Positions 51,335-64,000 of a stretch of 64,000 bases of DNA are shown one piece after another. The notes beneath the pieces were generated by a model that did no database searches, had not been told where the DNA came from, and worked only from the letters and a program-made list of their open reading frames with translations. The translations under genes and the position numbers were made by a program. Origin of the DNA: Octopus bimaculoides (Eukaryota); assembly GCF_001194135.2 (NCBI RefSeq), contig NC_068984.1:49494866-49558865 (forward strand). Reading direction: 5' to 3'. Numbering within the stretch: position 1 is the stretch's first letter; every line of letters begins with the position of its first letter.

Positions 51335-51770
51335 TTTCAAATTTTGGCACAAAGTCAGCATTTCTGAGGGAGGTATAAGTCAATTACATTGACCCCAGTG
51401 CTCAAATGCTACTTACTTTATTGACTCTGAAAGAAAGAAAGGTAAAGTCGACTTTAGTGGAATTTGAACTCAGAATACATAAAGACAGATGAAATACTAT
51501 TAAGCATTTTACCCAGCATGCTAATGGTTCTGCCAGCTTGCTGCCTTAATAATAATGATAATTAAGATAATGCTTTTAAAAATTGGTACAAAGCTAGGGA
51601 AGGAGGTTAGTCAATTACATTAACCTTAGTACTTTGCTGGTATTTATTTTATTTACACTGAAAAGATGAAAGACAATATCGTTCTTGACAGAATTTGAAC
51701 TCAAAATGTAAAAAGCTGAGAGAAATGTTGCTAAGTATTTTCTCCACTGCTCTAACAATTCTGCCAAACA
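51335..51770 (-). mobile_element. Two further tandem SINE family D copies
   Basis: Repeated GAATTTGAACTCA / CTAAGCATTTT / TTCTGCCA blocks at about 51335-51548 and 51575-51770. Confidence 0.8.
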
Positions 51771-51807
51771 ATAGCAAAATGTCGACTACAAGAGGAACCA
51801 CTAATGG

Positions 51808-51840
<33 letters not shown>

Positions 51841-52098
51841 ATAATAAATGAGTATATGCATATATACGTACAAGTATGTGCATACCTGCATCTACCTGTA
51901 TATATAGGTGCATATCTGGGTACAGGACGTTGCAAACAAAATGTAGACAAAAAAAATAATAATAACCAGAGTACAGAAAACACACAGGCCACATAGAGAA
52001 CATTTTCCTTCATCAGCTGCCACCATTCTAACACAGGCGTTTCGAAGAGATATGTATATGTATANNNNNNNNNNNNNNNNNNNNNNNNNNNNNNNNNN

Positions 52099-52150
<52 letters not shown>

Positions 52151-53599
52151 CATATACATATATCACGAGGAGAAAGTAAAAGAAAGTGATTGTTGACAAT
52201 TTTATGGCATTTAGCCAAAGAAAATACTATTTGGCAGATGCAATGTATAGACTGTGTGAGTATCTGTGTAGTACCTACTCTTCCTGTCCTTCCCTGTGAC
52301 TCGCCCTCCACCATTCACTTCATTCACCCTTCAGTCCTATCCAACCTCTAGTCCACATATACTCTCTCCCACCTCCTCATATTTATAATCAACCACCTCC
52401 ACCTTCCATCTCAACCCTTGTTCATCATTCAGTTTATTCATACTCCTACCCTATCTCTAGCCATCTCTCACCATCTCCATGCACCTTTGCGACCTCTACC
52501 CACTCACCGTTACTGTACTTCTGCCCCTAGGGCTTCCACTGATACCTCATCACCACTACCTTTATCTCTCTTTCCAGCTTCACACTAATTACACTCACCC
52601 ACTTTTGTATAATATGAGCAGCCAGATACAACAAAAAAGCTATTTCAATTCCTCCCTTCAGTCTTTAACCTTTCATCATCTAGCATAAAGATGTCTCCTT
52701 GTCTGTTGTAATGCCACTTAGTTGAAGGGGATCTTAGTTTATATCCACCGGTCAGTCAATCAATATGTAAATCCCTGGCCTGCTGCTAATTTTGATACAT
52801 ATGTCTAAGCCCTTTTGGAGAACATAGTGTTACCCTGGAAGAAGCTAACAAATAACCATGACCCAAGATATAAATAATATAATACTAGCAGCAGCAGCAG
52901 GTCAACTTGTTCCTGTAGTCTATGCATGTCGCTATAAGTATGTATATGTGCATGGAACAGTGTGTAGATGGAATGAGGTCAATATGTGTTATCCTGGCTT
53001 GTGTGTGTGTGTGTATAATGTATGTACATATGCATGTATACAATGTATGTTTATGTATGTATGCATATATGTATGCCTATATATATGTATATATATGTCT
53101 GTGCATATGTGTGTGTGTTTATATGAATGTATATTATATATATGTGCTGCTGGAAGCCTTATACATGTGTGTGATTTATGTATGTCTTTGTAAACAACAA
53201 AAGTCATCTGATGTAATAAGATAACTACATAAGTATGCAAACTGTCTGCCAACCTGGAATCTTTCTGCCCAAATACCATAAACCTATCATGATTGGAAAG
53301 CCAATTTTAAAATCCTTATATAATTTTGTTCAAGATTAATTATTCACTTTACCTTATCCCAGCTTCCATCTATTACCCTTATCCTTATCTTTATATTCTG
53401 TTCATATGCTACATGCCACTAGTGTTATTGGTTTGTCTGTTTTTATTTTTTTTTTTTAATGTTGTTCATGTATGCAATAGTGTTGTTCTTTTTGACACTA
53501 CTATAACTAATAGTGTAAATTCATGTTCCCTCAGCTCTACTTTTTAATTTCTTGTGTATGTGTGTGTGTGTGTGTGTGAGTATGTATACATACTGACAT

Positions 53600-54100
53600 A
53601 TACATGCACACGTATATACAGTTTTTCTTAAGTCATCTACACTCTGTCGAATATGCATATTAACATTACCCATTCATCAGAGCATATTGGCTTGGTTTCT
53701 TTCAAGCCTTTGCATATCCTCAGTAGTCACAGCTCATATCTCACTACTATGTAGCATAGCTGTTCGTACACAGCTATCAGACAGTCTACCTTTGACTCTG
53801 AGGGAGAGGCCCTTTGTCACTAATAGAGGTAGTAAGCCCTTTGAACTTTGCATAACTTATTCTTATTCTAGGAGCTGTGCTATCAGAACAACCTTCCCCA
53901 TCTACTAACTTGGTCACCTAAGGATTCCTTGTGATATTTGAGGGAATCCATTTTTTGTACATTCCTGGTGTTTAATATACCTGCTTTCACTGCATTAATA
54001 AAACTAGCAAAACGGCTACCCTCCGGGTGGTTTTCTGCTACCACTTGATAATATTTTCTCATTTGATTCCCAGTTCTAATAATTTTTATGATATTTTGCA
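53600..54100 (-). mobile_element. RTE LINE RT-region fragment
   Basis: Similar to 60360-60480 and 61090-61300 (ctgagagaga/gg...cttttattg/tc...agaggtaatag pattern). Confidence 0.55.
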
Positions 54101-55011
54101 TATAATTATTTCTTTGCATAATAGTGCTCACTTGCTTAGTGAATATTGCTTTCATTATTTTTTCTCTTTTTTTTTTAAACAAACATCACGATAGTCCAAC
54201 AGAGGGAAAAGCAGTTTGTCAAGTTTTACCTTCCCTTCAATGCAGCATAGAGATTTTAATTCAGCAGCCCATCTATAAGCTTTGCAGTGTGTGTGTGTGT
54301 GTAAGAGAGAGGGTGGGGGAGAGAGAACATTGCAAGCAATGAATGAAATAAACATGAAATGAAAAAAATCATATAAATAAAAGGATATTACTACAGATGT
54401 ATATGCCTCCGACTTTGTTGCCTTATAACATCCAGAAAAATGGATACATTTTAACAAAATTTTCTACAAATACCTCTTAAATGTTGTGCCTTCAGAGTAT
54501 ATAGGGATTTATGGGAAATAATTTTTCCAAGCGGGTGGAGAGAGTAGTTTCAGAAAATTCATATGATCTGACTTTTTTCCCTCATAACTTTCAGGAAAAT
54601 GGACATCTTTTAATGAAAGTTAATACAAATCCTTTTCAAATGGCACAGATTATGATTATAAAGAAATTTATGGGGGAAATATTTTCGGGGATTTTCTCCA
54701 TTTTTTTTTTAAACCACAGCCCAAAGTGGGGNNNNNNNNNNNNNNNNNNNNNNNNNNNNNNNNNNNNNNNNNNNNNNNNNNNNNNNNNNNNNNNNNNNNN
54801 NNNNNNNNNNNNNNNNNNNNNNNNNNNNNNNNNNNNNNNNNNNNNNNNNNNNNNNNNNNNNNNNNNNNNNNNNNNNNNNNNNNNNNNNNNNNNNNNNNNN
54901 NNNNNNNNNNNNNNNNNNNNNNNNNNNNNNNNNNNNNNNNNNNNNNNNNNNNNNNNNNNNNNNNNNNNNNNNNNNNNNNNNNNNNNNNNNNNNNNNNNNN
55001 NNNNNNNNNNN

Positions 55012-55452
55012 CTTTCTCATTCTCACATGTATTGATGTTTTTCAATATTTCCCCCCATAAATACATTTATATACTATAAAAAAGAAAATTTGAGAAATTA
55101 TAAATCTTTTGCAACCCCTCTCCCTGCCCCCGATTCTTTCTGTTTAGAAATTAAAATACTGGAGCGCCTGAGAAGGTCATTGCTGGCATTTATCCACAGT
55201 GATTTTAAAAAAAAGATTATGTAAATGATAATTCATTTTAATAGCATACTTTTCTGAAAGAAAATGTTTTTTTCTTACACACACATGGCTTCACTTGATT
55301 GAGGTGGGGGTAAAAATTTAGATTACAATTTATTTTGTTGCTTATATTCCACCAATGGACTATGCGTGTGTTACTTTGGCATCATCATTCCATAAAATGT
55401 GCTTAATGGGAGAAAAATATTGAAAAAACATTAATATATGTGAGAGTGAAAA
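55012..55452. repeat. Inverted repeat (about 45-50 bp arms)
   Basis: 55012-55060 resembles the reverse complement of 55405-55452; a related motif lies at about 54668-54685. Confidence 0.6.
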
Positions 55453-56489
55453 GGGAAGTTGGTTTGGGTTATGCTAGAAACAACAACGAAGTTCTTGGCA
55501 TATTATGTTTATGCAAACAACTGAGCCCCTTGCTACTTTATTCCTGCAAAGCTCACCCTACACTTCATCTTCCTATCACTCATCCCTTCAGTACATTTTT
55601 CTACTGCTGTAATTAAATGAGAGAAAAGCTATATGTTTCATCCCTGTTTGTGTTAACAGTTATATCACCCTCTCCCTAGAAACTCTTCCTTTACACATCC
55701 ATCCCTTATTTTTTTATCATTCCTCCCCACTAACATTTTCCATTGTTCACCTTTTCTGTGCTATCAGTTATCTTTTCTTCTCTTCTGAACCACTTCCTAC
55801 TGACACCCAAGACTCATTCTTAACCACAGTCTCATGTCTACTATCAACCATCCCATCACTTTTTTCTTTTTTTGTTTTTTTTGACATTCACTCCAGTTAC
55901 CTTTCTATATGTCTAACCTCTTCCATCTCCATCACAATACATACCTCACACTCTATCCCACCATTCTTGCAACTGGCACCCATCCACCTCCACCTGTCAT
56001 CTCCTTAATGTTTCATCAATTTCATCATTATTCTGTTGCTCTTCACTATTTTTGTATTGTCAACCATCTCCCCATCCTCTGAACTAATTCTGCTGACCTT
56101 CAACCCGGCACTCTTATCACCTTCTCTCCCAATTTATATTAACTATTGTTCATCCCTTCACCTTTGTTCACCAATCACTGCATTTATCCCAACCCTCATC
56201 ACACACTTGCAGCTTTTACCCATCATTCTTGATCTTTTGTCCCCCACACTCTCTTCTATTTATATTCTTGAAGGTATGCTCTGACATGTCATAACCACCA
56301 TCTTTATACCTCTTTCCAACTCTATCCAGTTACTGTCATCGTTATATGATGTTGGGTAGTCATGCATTTCCTTTACAACAACAAATTCTTGTTTCTTCTA
56401 TCACACTTAACACCTAGCATAAAGTTACCCCCTCTCTACTATATTCCCAATTAGTCAAATGATTTTTTTTTATTTGGCAAGTTACATAG

Positions 56490-56695
56490 CAACTTCACTG
56501 AGTGCCCCAAACAAGCACCAAGTACACTTTGTCAGGTGGTTGGCATTAGGAAGGGCAACCACCTGTAGAAACCATACCACAGCTGACAGGAACACTACAT
56601 AGACTCCTGACATGTTGAAATCCTCTTCAACCAGCCAACCTATGCTTGCATAGAAGACAGAAATAACATAACGGTGGTGGTGACAATGACAATGA
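56490..56695 (+). mobile_element. SINE-like family B, diverged
   Basis: GGTTGGCATTAGGAAGGGCAACCACCTGTAGAAACC core. Confidence 0.7.
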
Positions 56696-57286
56696 CCATA
56701 ATACTGCTGCAAAATAAAAAAAATTTAAAAAACAGAGTCCAAAATATCTATGTTAACGAAAATTAAATTCAGTTGAATGTTCTTACCAACAGTGCTACAA
56801 AATGACTATTATACCCTCTCTTTTTCACTGAGAAATGTTAACTCATATGAGCTACAGCAGCTCTAAGAAAGACAATGAATGAAATCAAATGATGCAATAG
56901 AGTTAGAAAACAATTGAAATCATGTGTGCCTGTTTATAGCTTTCTATTAGCTGCAAACAATGTTGCATTACTGACTTCATGCTGGCAATACAATAGTAAC
57001 TGCACTGCTCAGAGAAAATAATGAGTTCCACAAATCACAACTGAAGAGTATGTTTCGAAACAGATAAATTCATAGAAAACTGAATAAATACTGAATTAAC
57101 ATTATTTTGAAAATAATTCTCTGATAATTGAGTTAGATATCCACCTAGAATATTTCTCGTAGCTTTAGAACTATCTCTGTTTTCAGATAGTTTCAATTTT
57201 TTTAATTACTAACAAGCTTGCTTTATTCTTTAAAATCAGATTAGTTGCTTTATAGAAATTAATCAGAAGAGGAGAAACAGTATTAC

Positions 57287-57414
57287 AACTTTATAGGCTC
57301 TCTAGAATTAGTGAAAGTGAGGCTACCAGTCTCAACATCAATATATGCAACAAAAGAGTTGAAAGAGAGGCCAACTTTTGCAACAAAGTGAACTCCACAA
57401 TTAACACACAAGGA
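57287..57414 (-). CDS. Candidate exon (SLCVNCGVHFVAKVGLSFNSFVAYIDVETGSLTFTNSREPIK); strand ambiguous
   Basis: Acceptor tttttctaaatatgccatctag, donor GTT|GTAATA; phase-compatible with 57885-57948. The + strand is also open here (57256-57450). Confidence 0.35.
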
Positions 57415-57610
57415 CTAGATGGCATATTTAGAAAAACAGAGATAATTTAAGGGCCACTCATAAGTTTATTTAATAAGGAATGAATGATAAAATTGTTGTA
57501 TTTTTAATGGAAACAATAATGATGAGATGAAAATACATTTAACCAAAATGAAATAGTTTTCTTTGCTTTATAAACTAGATGAAATTCCATAACTTTTACT
57601 TACTCCACAT

Positions 57611-57877
57611 AATAAAATAAAAAATAAATGCGCCCTTTTTAAAGCCTAGCCAGGCTCATGGACCCAGTTTCCCGGTTTCAATGGCATATGTGTTCCCCAG
57701 CTGGACAGGACACCAGTCCATTGCAGCATTACTCATTTTTGCCAGCTGAGTGGACTGGAGCAACGTGAAATGAAGTGTTTTGCTCAAGAACACAATGCAT
57801 CGCCCGGTCCAGGAATCGAAACCACAATCTTACAATCATGATGCTGACACCCTAACCACTAAGCCATGCGCCTCCAC
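57611..57877 (-). mobile_element. tRNA-derived SINE family C
   Basis: - strand head GTGGAGGCGCATGGCTTAGTGGTTAGGGTG...GGTTTCGATTCCTGGACC (A and B boxes). Confidence 0.85.
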
Positions 57878-57884
57878 TACTTAC

Positions 57885-57948
57885 TCCACATAAAGAGTAG
57901 AAATTGATGGAGAAACTCCCAAGTACACTAATTATACCATTTATACTC
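57885..57948 (-). CDS. Candidate exon (SINGIISVLGSFSINFYSLCG)
   Basis: Acceptor tatatctttcttag, donor GGA|GTAAGT; all three + strand frames contain stops. Confidence 0.45.
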
Positions 57949-59499
57949 CTAAGAAAGATATATAGTCTCAGTAAATTGGAAATGCAGGCTTTCTGTGTGA
58001 AACATTTATTTCTTAATATATATATATTTATATAAATATATATACATGCGTGCACGTGTGTGTGTGTATGTGTGTGTGTGTGTGTGTGTACATGTGTGTG
58101 AGTGTATGTATGCATGAGTATGTAAATATCATTATCGTTATTATCATCTTTTAAAGTCCATCTTCCATACTGGCATGAGTTGGATGGTTTGACGGGGTCC
58201 AACAGGTTTGAAGATAGCATTGTGCTTGAATGGCATGGTTTCTGTTATCGGATGCCCTCTTAATTCCAGTCACATTACAGAGCATTCTGATTGCATTTCT
58301 TTTAGTTGAATTAGTACTAGTGTGGCATCACACAGCTTGCAATCCCTTTTAATTGAGTGGTGGCATATTTTTTGAGAGGGAGGCAGTTTCGTAGTATGAA
58401 ATGAGAGGCTAAAATATGAGAGAAATGTTCAGAAAAGAACAGGTTTCATGTTGTAGAGGAGATACATTGCTACTCGCATTATAAAATTGACAGAGAGAGT
58501 AAACAGCAGGGAGCTGTACAGAGAGATAAAATAGTGGTGATGAGGTGTCAGAGTGAACCCATAAGGTAGAAAAGGAGTAGTAATGAGTGGAAATATAAGA
58601 ACAGGGAATGTAGGTAGATGGGTGTAGTTTGCAAGATTGTATGGGGGAAGTGAGAGGTGATTAGAGATGGGTAATGGGTGAGGAGATGAATATAATGAAT
58701 GAAGAACAAGTGTTGTGAGATGATAAATATATGTGCTAGAGAAAATAGGAAAGAGTAGATGATAACTGTAGAAATTGGATAGAATTAAAAGAGAAAGTGA
58801 ATGGTGGATAAGGGTTGTTGGTGATCTGTGATACAAATGAGTTGGGGAAAGGAGAGAGAAATAGGTGTGACTGACTGTACAGAAAGGGATAAATAGCTGC
58901 ACAATAATAATAATAATAATGCAGTTAGGCAGGTATTGAAGGTATCAGTAAGAAAAAGATGATAAGTAGCGGAAATGGATTAAGGAGAAAATTGGGTGAG
59001 TCAGGATGGAGGGTCACTTGTGCATATACCTACACTGTGCTTCCCAAATTTTTCAGTTTTGCTGAAATGGGCAGGTCTTTTTGAGTATCACATATTGCCA
59101 GTCATCTTAGCCTTTAGACTTTCTTCCATGAGGTTCAAGGTCCAAGAACCAGCCTCCTGTGTGAGAATGGAGGGGTGTATATATATATGTGCGTATATAT
59201 ACATGTGTGAGTGTGTGTGTGTGGAAGCTTACATACATACTTACATGTACATATTCTTTTGTCCATCCAAAGAGGAATTTTTAACACAAAATTTACATAC
59301 TATTATTTATTGTTTTATGCATACTTTGAGAACCAATTCCAAAAATGAATTATTCCATGTTCTCTCAAATGTTTAAAAATTCTTATAATGGCATTCACTT
59401 TGCAACCATGTGGTTTAGGTTTCAGACACACTATGCAGCACTTTGGGCAAATGTTTTATACTATTGTCCTGAGTCCCACTTAATTTGGTTGGAACCTGC

Positions 59500-61700
59500 A
59501 GCTGAGGGGACCCAGGAAAACATGGGATGAAGTGCTGAAAGTTGACCCCAAGATCCTGAGCCTCACAAAGATGAGGACAATGGACTAAGCATGTCTGTGA
59601 TATGAAGTACTTGAAAGGACCTACTCTCCTTAGTAAAACTGAGTTCTGGAAGTGCTCTCCACTCACATGTTACAGTGATTCACTCCACCAAGCCAAATTA
59701 TCCACCATCATGCACAATGCTGCCTTTCCAACCCCGCTGCTCCTGCAGTATAAAGAAAGGTGAAGGGCAATATGTGCTAATTCTGCTCTTGAGTGATTAC
59801 AGCCACCAAGTAGTGACATAGTTAGTGGAATGATGGAAGGGAAAAATATATAGGGAATGGTTGACAGAACAGAAAGGGTTTCAGACATAAACAGAATTCT
59901 TTGAGGACACCATTTTTTTTTGTTATAATGGGTAGGACTTTTCAAGCATAGCAAACACCAATCATCTCAGTATTTTGTCATTTCCTCTATAAGTTTGAGC
60001 ATCTTGAGATTGGCCTCCACTACTTCATCCTATATCTTCCTGGGTCTCACTCTTCCACAAGTTTCATCCACTTTAAGTGACCAGCACTTCTCTATGCAAC
60101 TAAATGCAACTATCCTCATCCATACATGTCATATGACCAAATCAGAGAACTCTTTTCTTTTGCATGCTGCATCTGATTCCTCTTATACCTAATTTTCCTC
60201 TCAATACCATATCACTTTGTCATAAATGCACATTGATATTTCACATCCAACAGAGTGTACTAGCTTCATTCCCCTCTAGTCTTCACATCTCTGCATTCAG
60301 AGTCTACATCTCACTACCCTGTAACCTGTTCTTTATATACAAGCATTGTATAATTTGCCTTTCACTCTGAGAGAGAGAGAGAGTCACCTTTTATTGTCAG
60401 CAGAGGTAATAGCTCACAGAACTTTCTTCATCCTATTCTTATTCTAGCAAGTATATTTTCCGAACATTCTCCTTCCACTGTTAATTATATTATCTAGGTA
60501 CCTGAAGTTATCTATTACATCTTGGAAGCATCCAGGAAATATGATACAATTTCCTTAATGTTCATTGCTCTTGTGCATCTTCCATATACTGACACTACTT
60601 TCCCTGTTAATTTTGTTGTGATTATCCTGCATTTTTTGTGTGCCCAGAGTTTTGGTGCACCATACAGAATTCCTGCCTACACCTTTCCTACATATTGAGC
60701 AGGAACATTTACCAGGGAAGAAGTGAGCAATGGAGGGGTGGATAATAGAGAGGAGGATAGAAAGATGGGTAACAGAGCAATAGAGAGATGAACTATAGAA
60801 AGATGGGAGGTAAGCAAGGCAGCAGATGTCGACTTCACAGTAGATATATCTGTTATTCCTCTGTTCCTCTATCATTATCAATTTTGACATTTATCTCACC
60901 ATGGTTGCATGAGAGAATGTGTCTTCTCTTGTACAACATGATCCTTTCTCATCTCCCTCATGATTTTTGTCACTTTACATTAAGCATTCCTTGATTTCCC
61001 ACCAAAGATTTTATTTACAATGTGCACACAGTACATTTTTATACAACTCCATAAGTGTCACATGGGCATACCAGTATAATCTTTTCTTTTGACACTATGT
61101 CCGAATCAATCCTCATATATTAAGTTATTCTTATACAGGTTTATTTGTAGTCTATCACTCACATACACATATTATACATCCAACAGAGCAAGCTCTCTTC
61201 ACATCATTCTAAGCTTCACAAATCTTCTGCATTCATGGCCCATGTCTCAAACACACTTAGTACAAAATCATACAATCTACCTTTTACTCTGAGAGAGAAA
61301 TTCCTCACTGCTATTTAAAAACTTTTCCCAACCTCTTATTTTGCTAGCTCATATACTTCCAAAGTACCCACACCAACTTCGAATTAAGTCACAGAGGTAA
61401 CAAAAGATACTTTTAGGGAGCCTTCAAATAATTTGAGAGACCATTAATATGAAGCCTTTCTTCTCTATTTTTCTGTTTGTAATTCTGCTACTCCTTGTGC
61501 TTCCATAGTTTACTATGAGGACTCCATGAAATTGTTACCTATTCCTTTACTACATATTAAGCATAGCCACTTGTCGAATAGCAGTAGTGTCTGTTTTTTT
61601 CTCCTTCTTATTAAGACATATCTTCACAAGGTTTACTTTGACATCTCTCAGTTCAAAGCTTTATGTCTAGGTCTGAAAGTTTTTCTCTAATTTTTCATAA
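59500..61700 (-). mobile_element. Fragmented RTE LINE(s): 3' end at about 59900-60350, RT pieces to about 61700; small + strand 3' end at 59500-59620
   Basis: PRKI.DEVVEANLKML-like on - and GPRKTWDEVLKVD on +; RT-like fragments with stops. Confidence 0.7.
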
Positions 61701-61871
61701 ATTCGGGGCTATGAGTAAGATCTGGAATGGGTATTCACATACTTTTTCAATACACTAAGGTCATTTTCAGTGTAAAAGGGAGAAGTTATTATTCATTAAT
61801 GTACACTGCAGTTACAGCATATTTTGTATCTGAATCTGTCTAGATGTGTTCTGAATAAATATGTGAATAAT

Positions 61872-61914
<43 letters not shown>

Positions 61915-62059
61915 TATGGATAGATAGCCAGACAGACAGATGACAATGTAATAATGCATGAAGTGAAATATGAGTGTGTGAGTATATAGGTACATATATG
62001 CGTATAAGTGTCCTGTGGTTCCACATGCATGTATTTATGTTCATATATCTCTGCTTATG

Positions 62060-62101
<42 letters not shown>

Positions 62102-62104
<3 letters not shown>

Positions 62105-62230
62105 AACCCAAATGGGGTTTAAAATTCATGACACCTGTTTTGATAGAATTTTATTAATGTATTCATAGATTACATCAATAAGTTTCTATTGAAATAGCTC
62201 TTGTAAAATTTAAACCCTATTTATGTTCTT
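62102..62230. mobile_element. Small MITE at the end of a (TA)n tract
   Basis: About 25-bp imperfect TIRs AAGAACCCAAATGGGGTTTAAAATT / AAATTTAAACCCTATTTATGTTCTT. Confidence 0.65.
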
Positions 62231-62443
62231 TTTTATATTCATGCCAGACCTAGAACCAGCCCTAAGTTGGATGTGTAGTTTAAATTGGATTTGGTTCTTA
62301 CATATCTACAGTATCCTATCAACACATGATACCTTCATAGTTGTTTTACTTCTCTGTGAACTCTGTGTTATTGTACCTAGCCATTTCTGGTATCCTACAT
62401 GCTAATGTGCCTAGATTCTAATGAACCGTATAACTAATATATA

Positions 62444-62478
<35 letters not shown>

Positions 62479-62799
62479 ATACATGTCTACACTATGATGA
62501 TGATGATTTATGAGTATATATTATCATGGTGTGCTTGGCTCCTTCTGCCTTGTTGAAAACTACTTCTTGGTTCAATAAGGATAAATACTTTTCCCCATCG
62601 CCTTCCTCAACCTTATGTAGTCACTCCTGCACTAGCAGTTGTGCACTCATGAAGGCTGTATGGGAGTGAAGGAAATTGAAATTGTAATTGTAATTCATGC
62701 TACTGTCAATACCTGCTTACACTAAGTGCAAGGACTCACTTCTTCTGAGTAAGCAAAGAAACACATTTTTGCCTTTCCAGGTGCTGAAAATATCCCCAA

Positions 62800-64000
62800 C
62801 TACCATCCCACTTTTTTGATCCACAAGCTTAGAGCTGCCACAATCAACAATGGCACAATGAATATAGGTTTGGCGAGATTGCTAAAATGCTAAAGTAAAG
62901 CTGTGTAGATGTGTACTGTGTGCAATAGATACAATGGAGGGGAGCTTCAAGTAGATTGTATGTGGGCAAAGAACATAAATACAAATTTTTCTGGGTAGGC
63001 AGCAGTAATGGATTAGGTGGTGTAGGTATTCTTCTGGTAGAGAAATGGGTGAATAAAGTGATTGAAGTAGTTCCAGTGTGATAGGATTATTAAGCTAACA
63101 ATAGTCTTGTTTAATATAACAGTGTCATCTATCTCTGCATATGCCCCACATGTCAGACTGGCAAATGTTCAGAAGGACTGTTTTTATGAATCCCTTCTGC
63201 ATACTACCTTGATGATGAAAGACAATGTTATCATGATTGTAGCTGGTCATGTTGGAAAGCACTCTGATGGATTTCATGGTGTGCATGGAAGTTATGACTT
63301 TGGTTCTAGAAATGAGGGGAAAACAAGGGCTCTAGAATTTTGTGATGCAAATGACATACTGGTTTGCACTACCATCTTCAGGAAACCTGCCAGCCGCTTG
63401 ATCATGTATGTATCTGATGGGCACATTAGCCAGAATGTCTACATTCTCACCAGAAACAGGGACAGGCAGATGATGCTCATGAATGCAAAGTCCTTCACAG
63501 GTAAAGAATTTTCAACTCAACATAGGTTAGTGGTTAGTAACTTCAGGTTTAGGTCTAAAAGGATTCAGAGATACAAACTGAGATGGTAAAGGTGGTATAA
63601 AAGCTCAAGAACCCTTCAAAAGGGCAAAGATTTAGAGATGTTAATGAAGCTTTTAATGAGAGGAAGAAAGAGACAGAGACATATAATACAGGAGCCTACT
63701 GGAAGTTCTTATGAGATAATCTACTGAGGGTGGTAGACCAAATCTGTGGTTGGAGCAAAATTTTTGCCAGACAAACAGTGACATGGTGGTGGAACAGTGA
63801 GGTCAACAGGACCATAAAAGAGAAAAGACAGATTTAGAAAGAGTGGAAAAGAGTTGGGATAGCAAAGAACCATATCAGATAGCTAAAAAGGAAGCTAAGG
63901 CAGAATCAGAAAGGAAGAGGTTTGCCAATATCTTACAGCATGAAGATCATAAATTTGGGGTGTTCCAAATGGCTAGAGAGAATTGGGATGTGGGAGAGAA
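62800..64000 (+). mobile_element. RTE-clade LINE ORF 5' part (APE endonuclease), disrupted, continues past the window
   Basis: ISAYAPHV..., GHVG...GFHGVHG.Y.FGSRN...ALEFCDAND..., QHRLVV: endonuclease motifs of the BovB/RTE type. Confidence 0.9.

Noticed and set aside
52004-52050. Minus-strand GAAAC...CTGATGA (permuted hammerhead boxes)
   Set aside because: No NUH site or stem I/III arrangement can be built; at most a decayed Penelope-like terminus.

Overview
AT-rich eukaryotic DNA with many N-gaps and dense (TA)n/(CA)n/(TATG)n microsatellites. The SINE, RTE and mariner repertoire looks like an octopus (coleoid cephalopod) draft assembly; this is inferred from recalled repeat families, not from a search. 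The only firmly supported coding feature is a 1.86-kb + strand exon (43405-45268). It encodes about 601 aa of a C2H2 zinc-finger protein with six dispersed H-x4-H fingers and an AT-hook-like motif. A CpG-retaining, ETS-motif-bearing region at about 1.6-4.3 kb is the likely promoter. Short exon candidates with canonical splice sites occur on both strands. One + strand chain would give a spliced 64-aa upstream ORF overlapping the ZNF start. Several - strand chains would give an unidentified, sequon-rich protein that may host the ZNF gene antisense in an intron. Both models are hand-built and unverified. Most of the rest is transposon debris: four SINE-like families, RTE LINE fragments, mariner and Tigger fragments, an R4/Dong-like RT fragment, and piggyBac-like and other MITEs. 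The most unusual non-coding signal is a pair of hammerhead-ribozyme-like motifs at 6409-6466 and 6926-6960, each within an inverted, Penelope-like repeat fragment. Almost all ORFs in the supplied track are microsatellite or gap artefacts.
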